A stretch of DNA of 64,000 nt. Origin: a virus (taxonomy: Duplodnaviria > Caudoviricetes). The position numbers and the translations under genes were made by a program. A model generated the notes under the pieces. That model had not been told where the DNA came from, made no database searches, and saw only the letters and a list, made by a program, of their open reading frames with translations. Within the stretch, counting starts at the first letter, position 1; every line of letters starts with the position of its first letter. The stretch lies in the IMG/VR virus record IMGVR_UViG_3300027730_000005, one strand, 5' to 3'. Positions 37,182 to 46,856 of this stretch are shown one piece after another.

Positions 37182-37682
37182 CTACCACGCTTTATTGTAA
37201 TCAACAATCTCACAGTTACGACTGATATCTTTAACAAAATACACACAGTCCGGTTGTGGGTCGTCATTAATAGGAACGCATAACATCTGCCCATTTTTTA
37301 GTTTGGGTGCATACCATGACACTTCTTGATATACATCCACAATTTCTATAGGAGGAAAACTTGGGCGGAAACTGGAGAGAGGATTAAACTGAAAAAGTTT
37401 GAATCCACGGTCATTAATACTGGTGAGTGGTAACGTTTCCAGGTCGCCTACATCAGGTTCACCAATCAACACTTGCCAATCCATGGGCATTTTGATTCGA
37501 GCATCACCTATCTGCAAAACCAATGCAGGTGCATTAAAACTTTCCAGGAAAATTAAAGGGATGTAATGGTAGTCAGGATTGGCTGGATCAGAATTATCTA
37601 ATATAGCAAATCTCATGTCATCTACTTCTTCGGGTAAATGTGTGAGATCATATGGTCGGTTGTCTAATGTAAGGATACGCAT
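37182..37682 (-). CDS. Hypothetical protein
   Basis: 166-aa ORF whose ATG is 6 nt below a -10 box. Confidence 0.75.
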   Translation of the reverse strand: MRILTLDNRPYDLTHLPEEVDDMRFAILDNSDPANPDYHYIPLIFLESFNAPALVLQIGDARIKMPMDWQVLIGEPDVGDLETLPLTSINDRGFKLFQFNPLSSFRPSFPPIEIVDVYQEVSWYAPKLKNGQMLCVPINDDPQPDCVYFVKDISRNCEIVDYNKAW

Positions 37683-37688
37683 GAGTTT

Positions 37689-37717
37689 ATTGTACTGTAT
37701 TTTTTATAAAAATGCAA
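37689..37717 (-). promoter_or_regulatory. Sigma70-type promoter
   Basis: TTGCAT-17nt-TACAAT. Confidence 0.65.
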
Positions 37718-37719
37718 CC

Positions 37720-39180
37720 TCATTGCCAGTTTAATTTTTCCTGAGTATAAGGATATTCAGCATCATTATAGTAGGCCTTGCGCTTGGCCAGGTGGCGTTT
37801 GCTGAATCTGCAGGTTGATGTGATATCCCAAATCTGCACATGATCTTTGTCTTCGGCTTTTCTGATGCCACGACCAATTGATTGAATTACTCTGGTGAAA
37901 CTTTTTCCCGACTCGATCATGACCAAATTAAAGATTCTTGGTATGTTAATACCCACTGCTGCTACACCATATGTGGCCACAATAATTTTGCCAGTGGCTG
38001 TGGCCACTTCGTCGTATTCTTCCTGCCGCGCAGCACCTTTGGTTGCACCCGAAACAAACACTGCTCGATCACCCAGCCTTGCAACTAATTCATGCCCGGG
38101 TGCCACTCGATCTACCAACACTAGAGTGTTACCAGTTTCATTAACTTGCAATACCAACTTAGCAATGGCATCCAAGCGCCCTGATTCTTCTAATAGATAT
38201 TTTAGTTCTTGCTGATAAGTCTTGTGTTCTACTGTGTCTACCATTTGCACTACATTCACGTGACATTGTGCCAACACACCTCGATCTTGAAGTTCACTGG
38301 CAGCCAGTTTTGAAATCACTGGACCAAGACTTACTAGCAATGCCTGACTTTCAAACGTTTCTTTGGGTATAGTTCCTGTCAATCCCCATCGAATCGGCAC
38401 TTGCGCCATCACCGTGGTCAACAAGGTTTTTAATGCATCTGCTTTGGCCATGTGTACTTCGTCTACTATTACACAAACAACATCTTCAATGAATTCTTGT
38501 ATGGTGCAATCACCTATGCCGTTCTTAGTATTCTTCATGAGATTGTTTAGACTTTGCCAGGTGCATATGGTGTGACTCCGGCCATATTCTTTTCTATCTC
38601 CAAAATAAACACCCACATCTAGTTCCATGTTGATGTAGTCTTTTTCTGTTTGTGTCACAAGACTTTTGTTGGGTACAATCACAATGCTGCGACCATACTT
38701 GCTCACAGCATCACTCAGTGCAGCAGTCATAATGGTCTTGCCTGCACCAGTGGCCACTTCTTGTAGGCATTGCGGGTTGGCTAGAAAATTATTGATAATT
38801 TCCACCTGATAGTCACGTAGCTCAATGGGTTTGCCTGCCATTGGGTGCTTGTCTGGCCAAGCTTTGTGGGCATAGGTCTGTTCGTGTACTTGATCAAACT
38901 CAAATGTGGTTGTGTAGGTGCGTTGGTCATCTAGCTCAACATCATAATTGTGTTTATCTAGAATGGGTAAAATTTCAGGCAACAAGTTTACATAAGTGCT
39001 GCCACCAAGTTGGAAGTAGGCCACTTTACCATCCCAGCGTCCCAGTCTCACTGCTGGTAGATACCGTGCGTAAGGTACATCGTATTTGAATTTCTTTACT
39101 AGATCTCTGCGAGTGTCGAGATCCAGACCTTCAATTTTGATGTTGACTTCGTCTCGGATTATTATGGTTGCTTTTTTCAT
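37720..39180 (-). CDS. uvsW: SF2 helicase (UvsW-like)
   Basis: LRDYQ, ATGAGKT, VDEVH, GLTGT, QSIGRGIR. Confidence 0.9.
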   Translation of the reverse strand: MKKATIIIRDEVNIKIEGLDLDTRRDLVKKFKYDVPYARYLPAVRLGRWDGKVAYFQLGGSTYVNLLPEILPILDKHNYDVELDDQRTYTTTFEFDQVHEQTYAHKAWPDKHPMAGKPIELRDYQVEIINNFLANPQCLQEVATGAGKTIMTAALSDAVSKYGRSIVIVPNKSLVTQTEKDYINMELDVGVYFGDRKEYGRSHTICTWQSLNNLMKNTKNGIGDCTIQEFIEDVVCVIVDEVHMAKADALKTLLTTVMAQVPIRWGLTGTIPKETFESQALLVSLGPVISKLAASELQDRGVLAQCHVNVVQMVDTVEHKTYQQELKYLLEESGRLDAIAKLVLQVNETGNTLVLVDRVAPGHELVARLGDRAVFVSGATKGAARQEEYDEVATATGKIIVATYGVAAVGINIPRIFNLVMIESGKSFTRVIQSIGRGIRKAEDKDHVQIWDITSTCRFSKRHLAKRKAYYNDAEYPYTQEKLNWQ

Positions 39181-40040
39181 TCAATAGATACTCGGGTGAT
39201 ATGTTGTCGTGATGCAATGAGATTGATTATCTCTTCTTGTGTTCTGTTGTCTTGTAAATCTGCTACTGGATATCTTAATGGTAATGCATATACATTGTAC
39301 ACATTTGCGATGCCGCGAGCAACAAAAAACTCTCGATGTTGTTGAATATATTTTTCTATAGAATCCAATTTTGAAGAATTATCAATATTATAAAACGGAA
39401 TAAAAAAATCTGCAGAGTATCGTTGCCAGGGTTGGAATGCATCGTTACTAATGTATTGATCGTTATCGTATGTGAGATCTTCAAGAGTCTTTCCTATCTC
39501 CACATAGTTCAAACACACAGTACCAAACGGCACTTTCAACGAACCATATTCGACGGCTGTGTCAAGATCCAGTTTGTATAGTTTAGGCATACCGAACCAA
39601 GTGCAGACCAGTCTGGGGCGATTATATCGTAAACTCTCGCATCTATGCACAGCTATGTTAAGATTAGCCAATGCTGCACGAACAGTGTGCGGAGCCTGCA
39701 GCCAGAACTCATGATTTTGTTGATCTAACAATCCATGATAAGTTTCAAATACATGATGCAGATAATTAAGATAATCCTGATCAGTAACTGAAGTAAAAGG
39801 CCTATCAATGATTGTCTGATAGGAGTTGATTACATTCACACACTCAAGTATGTAACTTTCTGCTTGATGTGACTGGTGTTCTAGTGAGTTGAACCCATAA
39901 AATCTTTTAGGGTCGTCTAATGACCAACTATTGCGTATGCTCATACGTTCCAACCAGGCCGCCGCAATAGGAGTATCTCTCAGTTTAAAACGTAAACTTA
40001 TAGGATCGTGATTGCCCAGTTCTAACACAAGATGAGTCAT
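39177..40040 (-). CDS. Hypothetical protein, paralog of 55964-56872
   Basis: Shared motifs DQxxLNxxH, NxAVHRxES and YxxxGR/K. Confidence 0.7.
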   Translation of the reverse strand: MTHLVLELGNHDPISLRFKLRDTPIAAAWLERMSIRNSWSLDDPKRFYGFNSLEHQSHQAESYILECVNVINSYQTIIDRPFTSVTDQDYLNYLHHVFETYHGLLDQQNHEFWLQAPHTVRAALANLNIAVHRCESLRYNRPRLVCTWFGMPKLYKLDLDTAVEYGSLKVPFGTVCLNYVEIGKTLEDLTYDNDQYISNDAFQPWQRYSADFFIPFYNIDNSSKLDSIEKYIQQHREFFVARGIANVYNVYALPLRYPVADLQDNRTQEEIINLIASRQHITRVSIE

Positions 40041-40071
40041 AGTACAATATATAGTAGATATAAATAAAAGT

Positions 40072-40098
40072 CAAAAAAACAGGCACCGAAGTGCCTGT
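40072..40098 (-). terminator. Intrinsic terminator
   Basis: ACAGGCAC-TTCG-GTGCCTGT followed by a U-run. Confidence 0.88.
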
Positions 40099-40158
40099 AT
40101 AAAAGAGTCGCCGGGCTAGAAAAACTTTAGCGACTCTATTTGGGATAAACCCAAAATC

Positions 40159-40266
40159 TTACTTGGCATTGATCTGAATTTGAAAGCCAGCTTCTGCAGC
40201 CTCATCGGCTTCATACTCTGTATTCACAGCATACAAAAACATATCACCATCCCAAATCTCGTACAT
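40159..40266 (-). CDS. 35-aa acidic microprotein (not in the ORF track)
   Basis: MYEIWDGDMFLYAVNTEYEADEAAEAGFQIQINAK, with an AAGGA RBS. Confidence 0.65.
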   Translation of the reverse strand: MYEIWDGDMFLYAVNTEYEADEAAEAGFQIQINAK

Positions 40267-40274
40267 ATCGTTCC

Positions 40275-40427
40275 TTAAAAAATTGCATTGGCCGCAGCAG
40301 CAACGTTCCATGCACTGAAAAAAATGTTTACCCAGCCTAGCGTGTTGTTTCCGTTTTCAAAGTCACGTTTGGCCCATTTGAGCATGAGCCATGTAAGAAA
40401 AATATTTAAAATGACCCAGCCACTCAT
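40275..40427 (-). CDS. 50-aa two-helix membrane microprotein (not in the ORF track)
   Basis: MSGWVILNIFLTWLMLKWAKRDFENGNNTLGWVNIFFSAWNVAAAANAIF, with a TAATG overlap. Confidence 0.6.
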   Translation of the reverse strand: MSGWVILNIFLTWLMLKWAKRDFENGNNTLGWVNIFFSAWNVAAAANAIF

Positions 40428-40531
40428 TATATCACCGCAATCAAAAAAATCAACAAAGCTACCACAGGATGTCCAAACAACAAGGCCATCATGGCTAGTA
40501 TGGTGCCAAAGAAGGCCTTGTCGCTGTCCAT
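40427..40531 (-). CDS. 34-aa membrane microprotein
   Basis: MDSDKAFFGTILAMMALLFGHPVVALLIFLIAVI; starts just after the ATPase stop. Confidence 0.6.
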   Translation of the reverse strand: MDSDKAFFGTILAMMALLFGHPVVALLIFLIAVI

Positions 40532-40532
40532 C

Positions 40533-41555
40533 TTAGTCCCCAACACGCATACATGTAGTCTCTGCCAGTCGCTTCCAGTTGCCTTCGCTGAGTTTGCGCA
40601 GATCGGCAATCTTCAATGCCATACGCAAACTCATCTCACGCAAACGAGTCTGATTCTTTTCCATGAACTCAAAGATTGCATCTTGAGTTTCAGTCTCAAA
40701 CTCATAATCCTTAAACAACACACCATCTTTGGCAATCTGCTTGATGCGCAAAATCTTGTCACGCATGGTGTCTAGAGTCAAGTCCAAGTAGTGGCAGCGA
40801 CTTTGCAGTGCATCCAAGTGATCCCGCAGCTTCTGCGATTTCATAGTCTCAAACTTCAAGTTAGTGATAAAGATCACACTGCCTTTGAACTCAAAACTGT
40901 CTGGGATGCCTTCACGACGCAGTGTAGAACTCTCGCTCAACCAAGAAATTTTACGTTTCTTGCCAGAGTCCAATGCACCTTTCAGCAAGTTCAGTGCAAC
41001 GTCATCTACAAGAATGCTGTCGCAGTCATCAAACACCAGCACACAGTTTTCGTCTGAATACTTGTAAAGAGTTTGATACAAGCCAATAGGAGTAGCACTG
41101 CCTTTGACAACTTCTGCACGAATACGCTTGCCTGCAATGCGATCAAACAATGTGGCTTTGTCAATTTCTTGTTCAACACCAAAGCTCTTGCCTACGCCTG
41201 GAGGGCCACTTACGATCATGGCACGGATACCGCCGTCGATCGCAGCACGGGTCATTTCTGTGAGAATTTCAAAACGCTCGCGGATACGATCCATTGCAGC
41301 TTGTTCAGTTTCTGCCACAAAAGACGTCACAGGTACCGCGGGCGTATGCACTGTATCACCATTTATCATTTCATAGTCAGTGATAGCATCAACGCGAATG
41401 CGAACAGCAGCAGGGCAGTTGGGAAAGTTCCCGTCATTTTGCACTGTCACAAAGCCGCCTTTGGCACCTGTTTGAAACCCGTTAATCAGCGTGAAGCTTT
41501 GATTTTTAACAGACTTGCCGCGGTACTCGCCGCGAATAATACGAATTGCACTCAT
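40533..41555 (-). CDS. P-loop (AAA-like) ATPase
   Basis: Walker A GPPGVGKS, Walker B VLVFDDCD, IFITN, LQSR. Confidence 0.85.
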   Translation of the reverse strand: MSAIRIIRGEYRGKSVKNQSFTLINGFQTGAKGGFVTVQNDGNFPNCPAAVRIRVDAITDYEMINGDTVHTPAVPVTSFVAETEQAAMDRIRERFEILTEMTRAAIDGGIRAMIVSGPPGVGKSFGVEQEIDKATLFDRIAGKRIRAEVVKGSATPIGLYQTLYKYSDENCVLVFDDCDSILVDDVALNLLKGALDSGKKRKISWLSESSTLRREGIPDSFEFKGSVIFITNLKFETMKSQKLRDHLDALQSRCHYLDLTLDTMRDKILRIKQIAKDGVLFKDYEFETETQDAIFEFMEKNQTRLREMSLRMALKIADLRKLSEGNWKRLAETTCMRVGD

Positions 41556-41587
41556 GGTTTCTAGCCCCGTTTTGTTAATATGTTACT

Positions 41588-41616
41588 ATTGTAGCAGTGG
41601 TTGAATTACCAGTCAA
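41588..41616 (-). promoter_or_regulatory. Sigma70-type promoter
   Basis: TTGACT-17nt-TACAAT. Confidence 0.75.
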
Positions 41617-41717
41617 CTCCTTTTTACAGGATTTTTCCAACTTTTTTGCAAAAACTGTGGGTTTTTTGCCACACTGTTTAGCAGTGTTTTTGTTGGTATC
41701 TTTGTTGACATGCAGAT

Positions 41718-41746
41718 ATTATAACGCAGATTGCATTAGTGGTCAA
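41718..41746 (-). promoter_or_regulatory. Sigma70-type promoter (tandem upstream copy)
   Basis: TTGACC-17nt-TATAAT. Confidence 0.75.
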
Positions 41747-41753
41747 TGATCAT

Positions 41754-41779
41754 AAAAAAACCCTACAATCTGTAGGGTT
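41754..41779 (-). terminator. Intrinsic terminator
   Basis: AACCCTACA/TGTAGGGTT stem with a U-run on the minus strand. Confidence 0.8.
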
Positions 41780-41797
41780 GTTGTGTGGTGTATTAAC

Positions 41798-42358
41798 TTA
41801 TACGGGTGTGCTATTCCCTACAGGAACTGTGTCGTTGAATTTTTGAATATAAGCACCAAATGATACTATTTCACCTCTGTAAATAAACATGCAACCTGGG
41901 CCAGTTTTACCAAAATTATCATCAATGTTATATCTGTCAGATATAACATTGCCGTTAACTAATGGTTGAGTATCTATATTGTAAAGTACGAATGTATTTG
42001 CATTTCCCGGAATAGCAATGTACTTAGTAGGATCAGTGGGATCTATTTCAAAACTAATACAGTAATTTGAATAAATGCCTTGCAAGCATATATCTCCACC
42101 AGCACAAGTGAATTCCATCGGAACATTAATTGAATCATCTGTAGTGCCAGGAGCCCAATCGGCAATATCAAGATCAAACACAGCTTCCGAGTACGGTGTT
42201 AATGTACTCAAAACCTGAGCCGGAAATGAATCCAAAGTTTCAGCCAAATAACCTGAAAATACTTCGTTACCATTGGCCATAATGGTCACTAACGCTTGCC
42301 CAAGACTGCCATCACAGTTACTAACTTGAAATCTTGCTTTTAATGTTTTAATACTCAT
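41798..42358 (-). CDS. Hypothetical late protein
   Basis: TAAATA at 42379-42384 and an AGGAGA RBS. Confidence 0.7.
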   Translation of the reverse strand: MSIKTLKARFQVSNCDGSLGQALVTIMANGNEVFSGYLAETLDSFPAQVLSTLTPYSEAVFDLDIADWAPGTTDDSINVPMEFTCAGGDICLQGIYSNYCISFEIDPTDPTKYIAIPGNANTFVLYNIDTQPLVNGNVISDRYNIDDNFGKTGPGCMFIYRGEIVSFGAYIQKFNDTVPVGNSTPV

Positions 42359-42386
42359 TCTGATATCTCCTGATAATGTATTTATC

Positions 42387-43223
42387 TCAACACCAGTGTT
42401 TTTTTATTACAATATCGTCGGCTTCGTGCGGTTTAGGATCTCCATGAAATACTAACACACTGTTGCCGGGTGCAAGTATAGTACCACGCCCAGGGCGATT
42501 ATAAGTTCTATTTTTAAAATTCATTCCGCCATCTAATGCAGTCCATCTCCAACTTACAATTCGGTCTGAATCCATAAATTGGCGTTTTTCTGGAGCAATT
42601 ACTGATGTAAGATATTCCTGATCACCACCGTGTTGATATCTGCTGATTATTTTGTTAGCACCATTTTGTTCAAAGTTTGACCACACATGAGACCATTTGG
42701 TAGTGTCCCAATACATCACAGATGAGTTCATATTTTGTATATCTGATTTCCATAGCATTCTGAAATCTCGTATGGTCCAAAAATAAAATGGGCTGAGATC
42801 CACAATCCAATCTATATTGTCAACAATTACAGTATCTAGATCAAAGTACAACAATTGTCCTTGATGGTGTACTGGATTGAACATTTGCATTTTGTACCAC
42901 CAGCTGCGTTTGCGACCACTTATGCCTGTCCATTCTGTCAAATCATGTTTGACCATATGCGGTGGCACTGGTCGGCTGGGTTCTGTATACACATGCAATC
43001 TCACGCCACGTGTCAAATGGCGACTCAACATGCTGTGTAATTTTTCTACGTAAACCCAATCGTATCCATTACCATGTATAACACAGGCACAATCAACAGG
43101 TCCAGTTGTGTCAGACACAGTAGGAGCAATATATCCAGGTAGTTTTTTTGCTCGATGTGCTGCTCTTTCAGCACGGTGCCTTTCTTTTTCTTGTTTTTTA
43201 GATAGTTCCTGGTGATATGACAT
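42387..43223 (-). CDS. GT-A fold glycosyltransferase
   Basis: LYFDLD (DxD), NSSVM, GDQEY, VFHGDPKPH. Confidence 0.8.
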   Translation of the reverse strand: MSYHQELSKKQEKERHRAERAAHRAKKLPGYIAPTVSDTTGPVDCACVIHGNGYDWVYVEKLHSMLSRHLTRGVRLHVYTEPSRPVPPHMVKHDLTEWTGISGRKRSWWYKMQMFNPVHHQGQLLYFDLDTVIVDNIDWIVDLSPFYFWTIRDFRMLWKSDIQNMNSSVMYWDTTKWSHVWSNFEQNGANKIISRYQHGGDQEYLTSVIAPEKRQFMDSDRIVSWRWTALDGGMNFKNRTYNRPGRGTILAPGNSVLVFHGDPKPHEADDIVIKKHWC

Positions 43224-43265
43224 ATGTAATAATTATCTGTTGGCCCCGAGACATAAATATCTTTA

Positions 43266-43952
43266 ATGATACCTAAAATTATACACCATGTGTGGCCCGG
43301 TGCTGACCCATTTAGAAAAAAGTTTCACTCATGGCGTAATAGTTGGATGAAGGAACATCCCGATTGGACATTTCATTTCTGGCGGTTGGACAATTTACCC
43401 AACCATATTAATCCTGACGTAAAACAAGCTGTAAACGATCCTGGGTTTGCATTGTGCCCAAAATCAGACATGATAAGATTTGAAATAGTGAGATTGTTTG
43501 GTGGCATTTATGTAGATACTGACATGGAATGTCTTAAATCATTTGAGCCATTTCTCAAGCACTCGTTCTTCACCGGGCACGAAGATGATCAGCGCAGGAT
43601 ATGCCCTAGTGTGTTTGGAGCAGAACCCAACCATCCTATATTAACTCAAATGTCATTGACCAGTGTTGCCAACTCCCAACGTTACGGGTATGAATTGTGT
43701 AACACACAACCACACAAATATACTAGTGTAAAACCCTTTACTAAAATAGTACGAGCACACATAGCACAACTTACCGAGCCTGTTGATGCTGCCGGGGTTG
43801 AATTGATCAAGGTATACGATCGAAATTACTTTTATCCTGTTTATTACAATGAAAAACATCGATTAACAGAAGAGACTCCCGAATCTTATGCCAAGCATCA
43901 CTGGACTGGTAATGACCCTGACGGCTGGACCAACGGGCCAAAGTTTGCTTGA
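43266..43952 (+). CDS. Glycosyltransferase, GT32/Och1-like
   Basis: IPKIIHHVW, SDMIRF, GGIYVDTD. TAAATA is 6 nt upstream. Confidence 0.88.
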   Translation: MIPKIIHHVWPGADPFRKKFHSWRNSWMKEHPDWTFHFWRLDNLPNHINPDVKQAVNDPGFALCPKSDMIRFEIVRLFGGIYVDTDMECLKSFEPFLKHSFFTGHEDDQRRICPSVFGAEPNHPILTQMSLTSVANSQRYGYELCNTQPHKYTSVKPFTKIVRAHIAQLTEPVDAAGVELIKVYDRNYFYPVYYNEKHRLTEETPESYAKHHWTGNDPDGWTNGPKFA

Positions 43953-44722
43953 TCTGACCACCATTGGTAGTGTTTGATCACTGCCATTACATTGTTGGGA
44001 TATGGGTAATCAACATAATCAGTCTTGCATTTATGATTGATAGCTTGGTCGGGATTTCCAGTTTTAAATGATGCCAACACTTGGTCAGGATCTCTGTATT
44101 GACTTTCAATATTGCTGATCACTTTGCTTTGTATCCGCGTGTCATTTCCCATCCAAGTCCAATGCCATCCTGCAATGCCTGGAAATTTTGCACAATGAGC
44201 TCGATTTTTTCTTTTGTGCTGATCACCTTTGTACAGTTGTTGAGGGTTTTGAATCATGTGTTTTTTTGCTATCACATGTCCTTGCCAAGTCCTATAGGCT
44301 TTTTGGTCAAGACGATAAATGAACATATCCAAGGTGCAGCACACAGGTTGATTGGTTTTGTTGATTAACTCAACAATGTCAGCCAACACATTAGGATCAA
44401 GTATCTCGTCGAGATCACTGTGTATTACGATATCGTCGAGGTCTAGTAGATCTATACCTTGTTGTAGACTGGCTCTGCTAAAATTTTCACATTGCCAATC
44501 TCTATAGTCGCTGGGTATGTCAAGACAGATCACATGGAATTTGTCGCCATATTTTTGTTTATATGCGCTGAGCCGTTGTGAGAAATAATAAGGTTTAAGT
44601 TTCCCACTCCAGGTCCTATTGCCTTCAAGTATGATCCAACGATCAACATAGTTCTTTGAAAGATCTAATCTTAGATCTAACATATCAAACTCATCGTTAA
44701 ACATAAAAGAATCTGCTATCAT
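43898..44722 (-). CDS. Glycosyltransferase, GT17-like
   Basis: DSFMFNDEFDMLDLRL, ILEGNRTWSGKLKP, SDLDEI, GWHWTW. Confidence 0.8.
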   Translation of the reverse strand: MIADSFMFNDEFDMLDLRLDLSKNYVDRWIILEGNRTWSGKLKPYYFSQRLSAYKQKYGDKFHVICLDIPSDYRDWQCENFSRASLQQGIDLLDLDDIVIHSDLDEILDPNVLADIVELINKTNQPVCCTLDMFIYRLDQKAYRTWQGHVIAKKHMIQNPQQLYKGDQHKRKNRAHCAKFPGIAGWHWTWMGNDTRIQSKVISNIESQYRDPDQVLASFKTGNPDQAINHKCKTDYVDYPYPNNVMAVIKHYQWWSDQANFGPLVQPSGSLPVQ

Positions 44723-45354
44723 AATTTGTAAATTATCTGATAATCATCGTGAATAGGATATATTCTTTTTTGCTCAAGATATTCAAATATTTTACGACCT
44801 TTACCTGCTCGTTGATTGGTTTCAATTAATCTTGAATTATCATCTATGGCCACTATTACACCTGGCTTTAAAAAAGGTTCTATAACAAGAAATTCTTGAA
44901 GATGATGTTCAGCACTAGGATTATCATCGTGCCATGTAACATCATAGCTGTCTAGATAAAACAAGTCTACTTGATCAAGATCAGGCTGTTGTTTTAGCCA
45001 GGCCACACTGTCTGAACATTCTGCTCGATGATAAACAGGATCAATGAATGCATTAGCGGCATCTACTGCGTTTTGATTTATATCCACGCTGCGAACTGAT
45101 CCACCGTGATGTTTGACAAAGTCTGCAAACAACACCCCGCTGTTCCCGTCTTTCCAGTTATTAGGTTGGCGTGTGCTACCTGTTTCGATGATTTTAAAAT
45201 TATTGTTTTTGATTTTTAATAGCTCATGTAACATGATCTCAAATCCGGCAGCTCGCTGATACAGACCAGTGACCAGGCCGCGTTTTTTAGCACTGACATT
45301 GATATTTAAAAAAGGTTTGTATTGATGTTCAAATCTCTCAGACCATGGTTTCAT
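44719..45354 (-). CDS. Class I SAM-dependent methyltransferase
   Basis: IIETGS, RSVDI, LFYLDS, AIDDN. Confidence 0.75.
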   Translation of the reverse strand: MKPWSERFEHQYKPFLNINVSAKKRGLVTGLYQRAAGFEIMLHELLKIKNNNFKIIETGSTRQPNNWKDGNSGVLFADFVKHHGGSVRSVDINQNAVDAANAFIDPVYHRAECSDSVAWLKQQPDLDQVDLFYLDSYDVTWHDDNPSAEHHLQEFLVIEPFLKPGVIVAIDDNSRLIETNQRAGKGRKIFEYLEQKRIYPIHDDYQIIYKL

Positions 45355-45366
45355 AATAAGTCTTTC

Positions 45367-46098
45367 TTACACAAAGTTAATAGTATCAGCATACAACTGC
45401 CGTGGATCATTTTTGACCAATTCCGCCCATTCAATCATGGAATCTATACTGAGGGTTTTTCCTTTGTTCAATGCATAGGAATTGCTAAACAAGCGGAAAA
45501 AATCATCAAGGTAATGCATGTCAAAATTGTTTTCTGCCAACAGCACAGGACAAAACTCTAAAATCACCAAACAGTCTTTGGGTAGATTTTTCATAGTGTT
45601 TGCAGCACCATCTAATACATATGGTTCCCAGCCCTGCACATCCATTTTTATAGCACGTATTTCGCTGGCCCGATCACCAACTATGGTGTCTAATGTGATC
45701 TGAGGTACAGCAATAGATCCAGCAGATGACACTCTAGTGTCTCCAAAATTGTCTGGATTATAGTTGATAGTTACCGTGGATTCTGAATCTCCTAGTGCTG
45801 CTTCAAACAAATGTGCAGAGGGGCAGTTTTGTTTCAGTACCTGGAAGTTCCTGGGATCGGGTTCAAACGCAAACACTTCAGCTTGTTTAAGTTCAGCCAT
45901 TTTGCTATACCATCCGATGTTGGCACCTATATCAATCACAACATCTCCAGGGCGGATATGATCCATCCATATTTTTGTTATGTCACTTTCCCAGCCATTG
46001 TGCTTTAGTATTTTTCTGCTGACCATTCGATCTTCTTTAGGATCATGTATATAAAAATCAAAATTTAAGTCGTGACAGTTGAGATTAAGTTTGTGCAT
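45367..46098 (-). CDS. FkbM-family methyltransferase
   Basis: VIDIGANIGWY, AFEPD, IKMDVQGWE. Confidence 0.88.
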   Translation of the reverse strand: MHKLNLNCHDLNFDFYIHDPKEDRMVSRKILKHNGWESDITKIWMDHIRPGDVVIDIGANIGWYSKMAELKQAEVFAFEPDPRNFQVLKQNCPSAHLFEAALGDSESTVTINYNPDNFGDTRVSSAGSIAVPQITLDTIVGDRASEIRAIKMDVQGWEPYVLDGAANTMKNLPKDCLVILEFCPVLLAENNFDMHYLDDFFRLFSNSYALNKGKTLSIDSMIEWAELVKNDPRQLYADTINFV

Positions 46099-46816
46099 AT
46101 GGGATATTTTCAAATAACAGTCTCTGATCAAACTCTATTAAAGAAAGATTCAGAGTTGGTCGACGGCCCACATATCTTGGATATTCTCTCCAGGAATGAC
46201 GTGGAAGATTGTGTAAATCATTGACATTATCCATTCTGTCGGGCAGATAGAAAAACCCATTTACTCCGCAAGTGTCCACAGTGAAAAATTCATAACCAAA
46301 TTGTTTGGTCAGTTGTTGATATGCACTTAAACTGGCTCCGCAGGTTGCAATTTTGTATTTGTGCAAATTGGGATGCACAGTGCATATCCAGTCAGCTCCG
46401 TAATAGCTCAAGTATTCCAAGCACATCACTGCCGGGCGGAAATTGTAATTGTATAAGAGATCTTTTAATACCCAAAAATCAAAACTGTCAATGTCTAAAC
46501 TAAAAAAGTCCGGAGTGCGTGTGGGCCAATTTCCTACCAACTGGTCTAATTGCCCCAATGTCACATTACACACTCTATGATCATAGTCAGAGTGAACCCA
46601 TCTTGGTTGATTCATGTCATGCCCGATACCATTGTAACCGCGATTCTCAACAAGGTTACGAATCATGTTTTGTTCACCTGTTCCTGATCCAATTTCTATA
46701 GCCCAATGATTGGGATTCTTAACATGTGAGCATAACAGATCAATTATTCCATCTTCTCGGTGTTGTGAACTAAACTGTGATTCGTATGGGAGGAAATCTT
46801 CGTCGGGATAATGCAT
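46085..46816 (-). CDS. FkbM-like methyltransferase
   Basis: SQHREDGII, IEIGSG, SLDIDSFD, GASL, GVNGFF. Confidence 0.7.
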   Translation of the reverse strand: MHYPDEDFLPYESQFSSQHREDGIIDLLCSHVKNPNHWAIEIGSGTGEQNMIRNLVENRGYNGIGHDMNQPRWVHSDYDHRVCNVTLGQLDQLVGNWPTRTPDFFSLDIDSFDFWVLKDLLYNYNFRPAVMCLEYLSYYGADWICTVHPNLHKYKIATCGASLSAYQQLTKQFGYEFFTVDTCGVNGFFYLPDRMDNVNDLHNLPRHSWREYPRYVGRRPTLNLSLIEFDQRLLFENIPYAQT

Positions 46817-46823
46817 GATATTT

Positions 46824-46851
46824 TATTTACCGTTATGTGTGCCGATAAATA
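46824..46851. promoter_or_regulatory. Back-to-back divergent late promoters
   Basis: TAAATA on the minus strand (46824-46829) and plus strand (46846-46851), 7 and 5 nt from their ATGs. Confidence 0.65.
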
Positions 46852-46856
46852 TTTCT

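Noticed and set aside
37182-37682. Possible stand-alone Hint-like fold in the 166-aa protein
   Set aside because: It lacks the N-terminal Cys/Ser, the TxxH and the terminal HN motifs, so the resemblance is too weak without structure prediction.
41614-41712. 32-aa ORF (MSTKIPTK...) between the tandem promoters
   Set aside because: It overlaps promoter upstream A-tracts and shows no protein-like features or supporting evidence, so it was not called.
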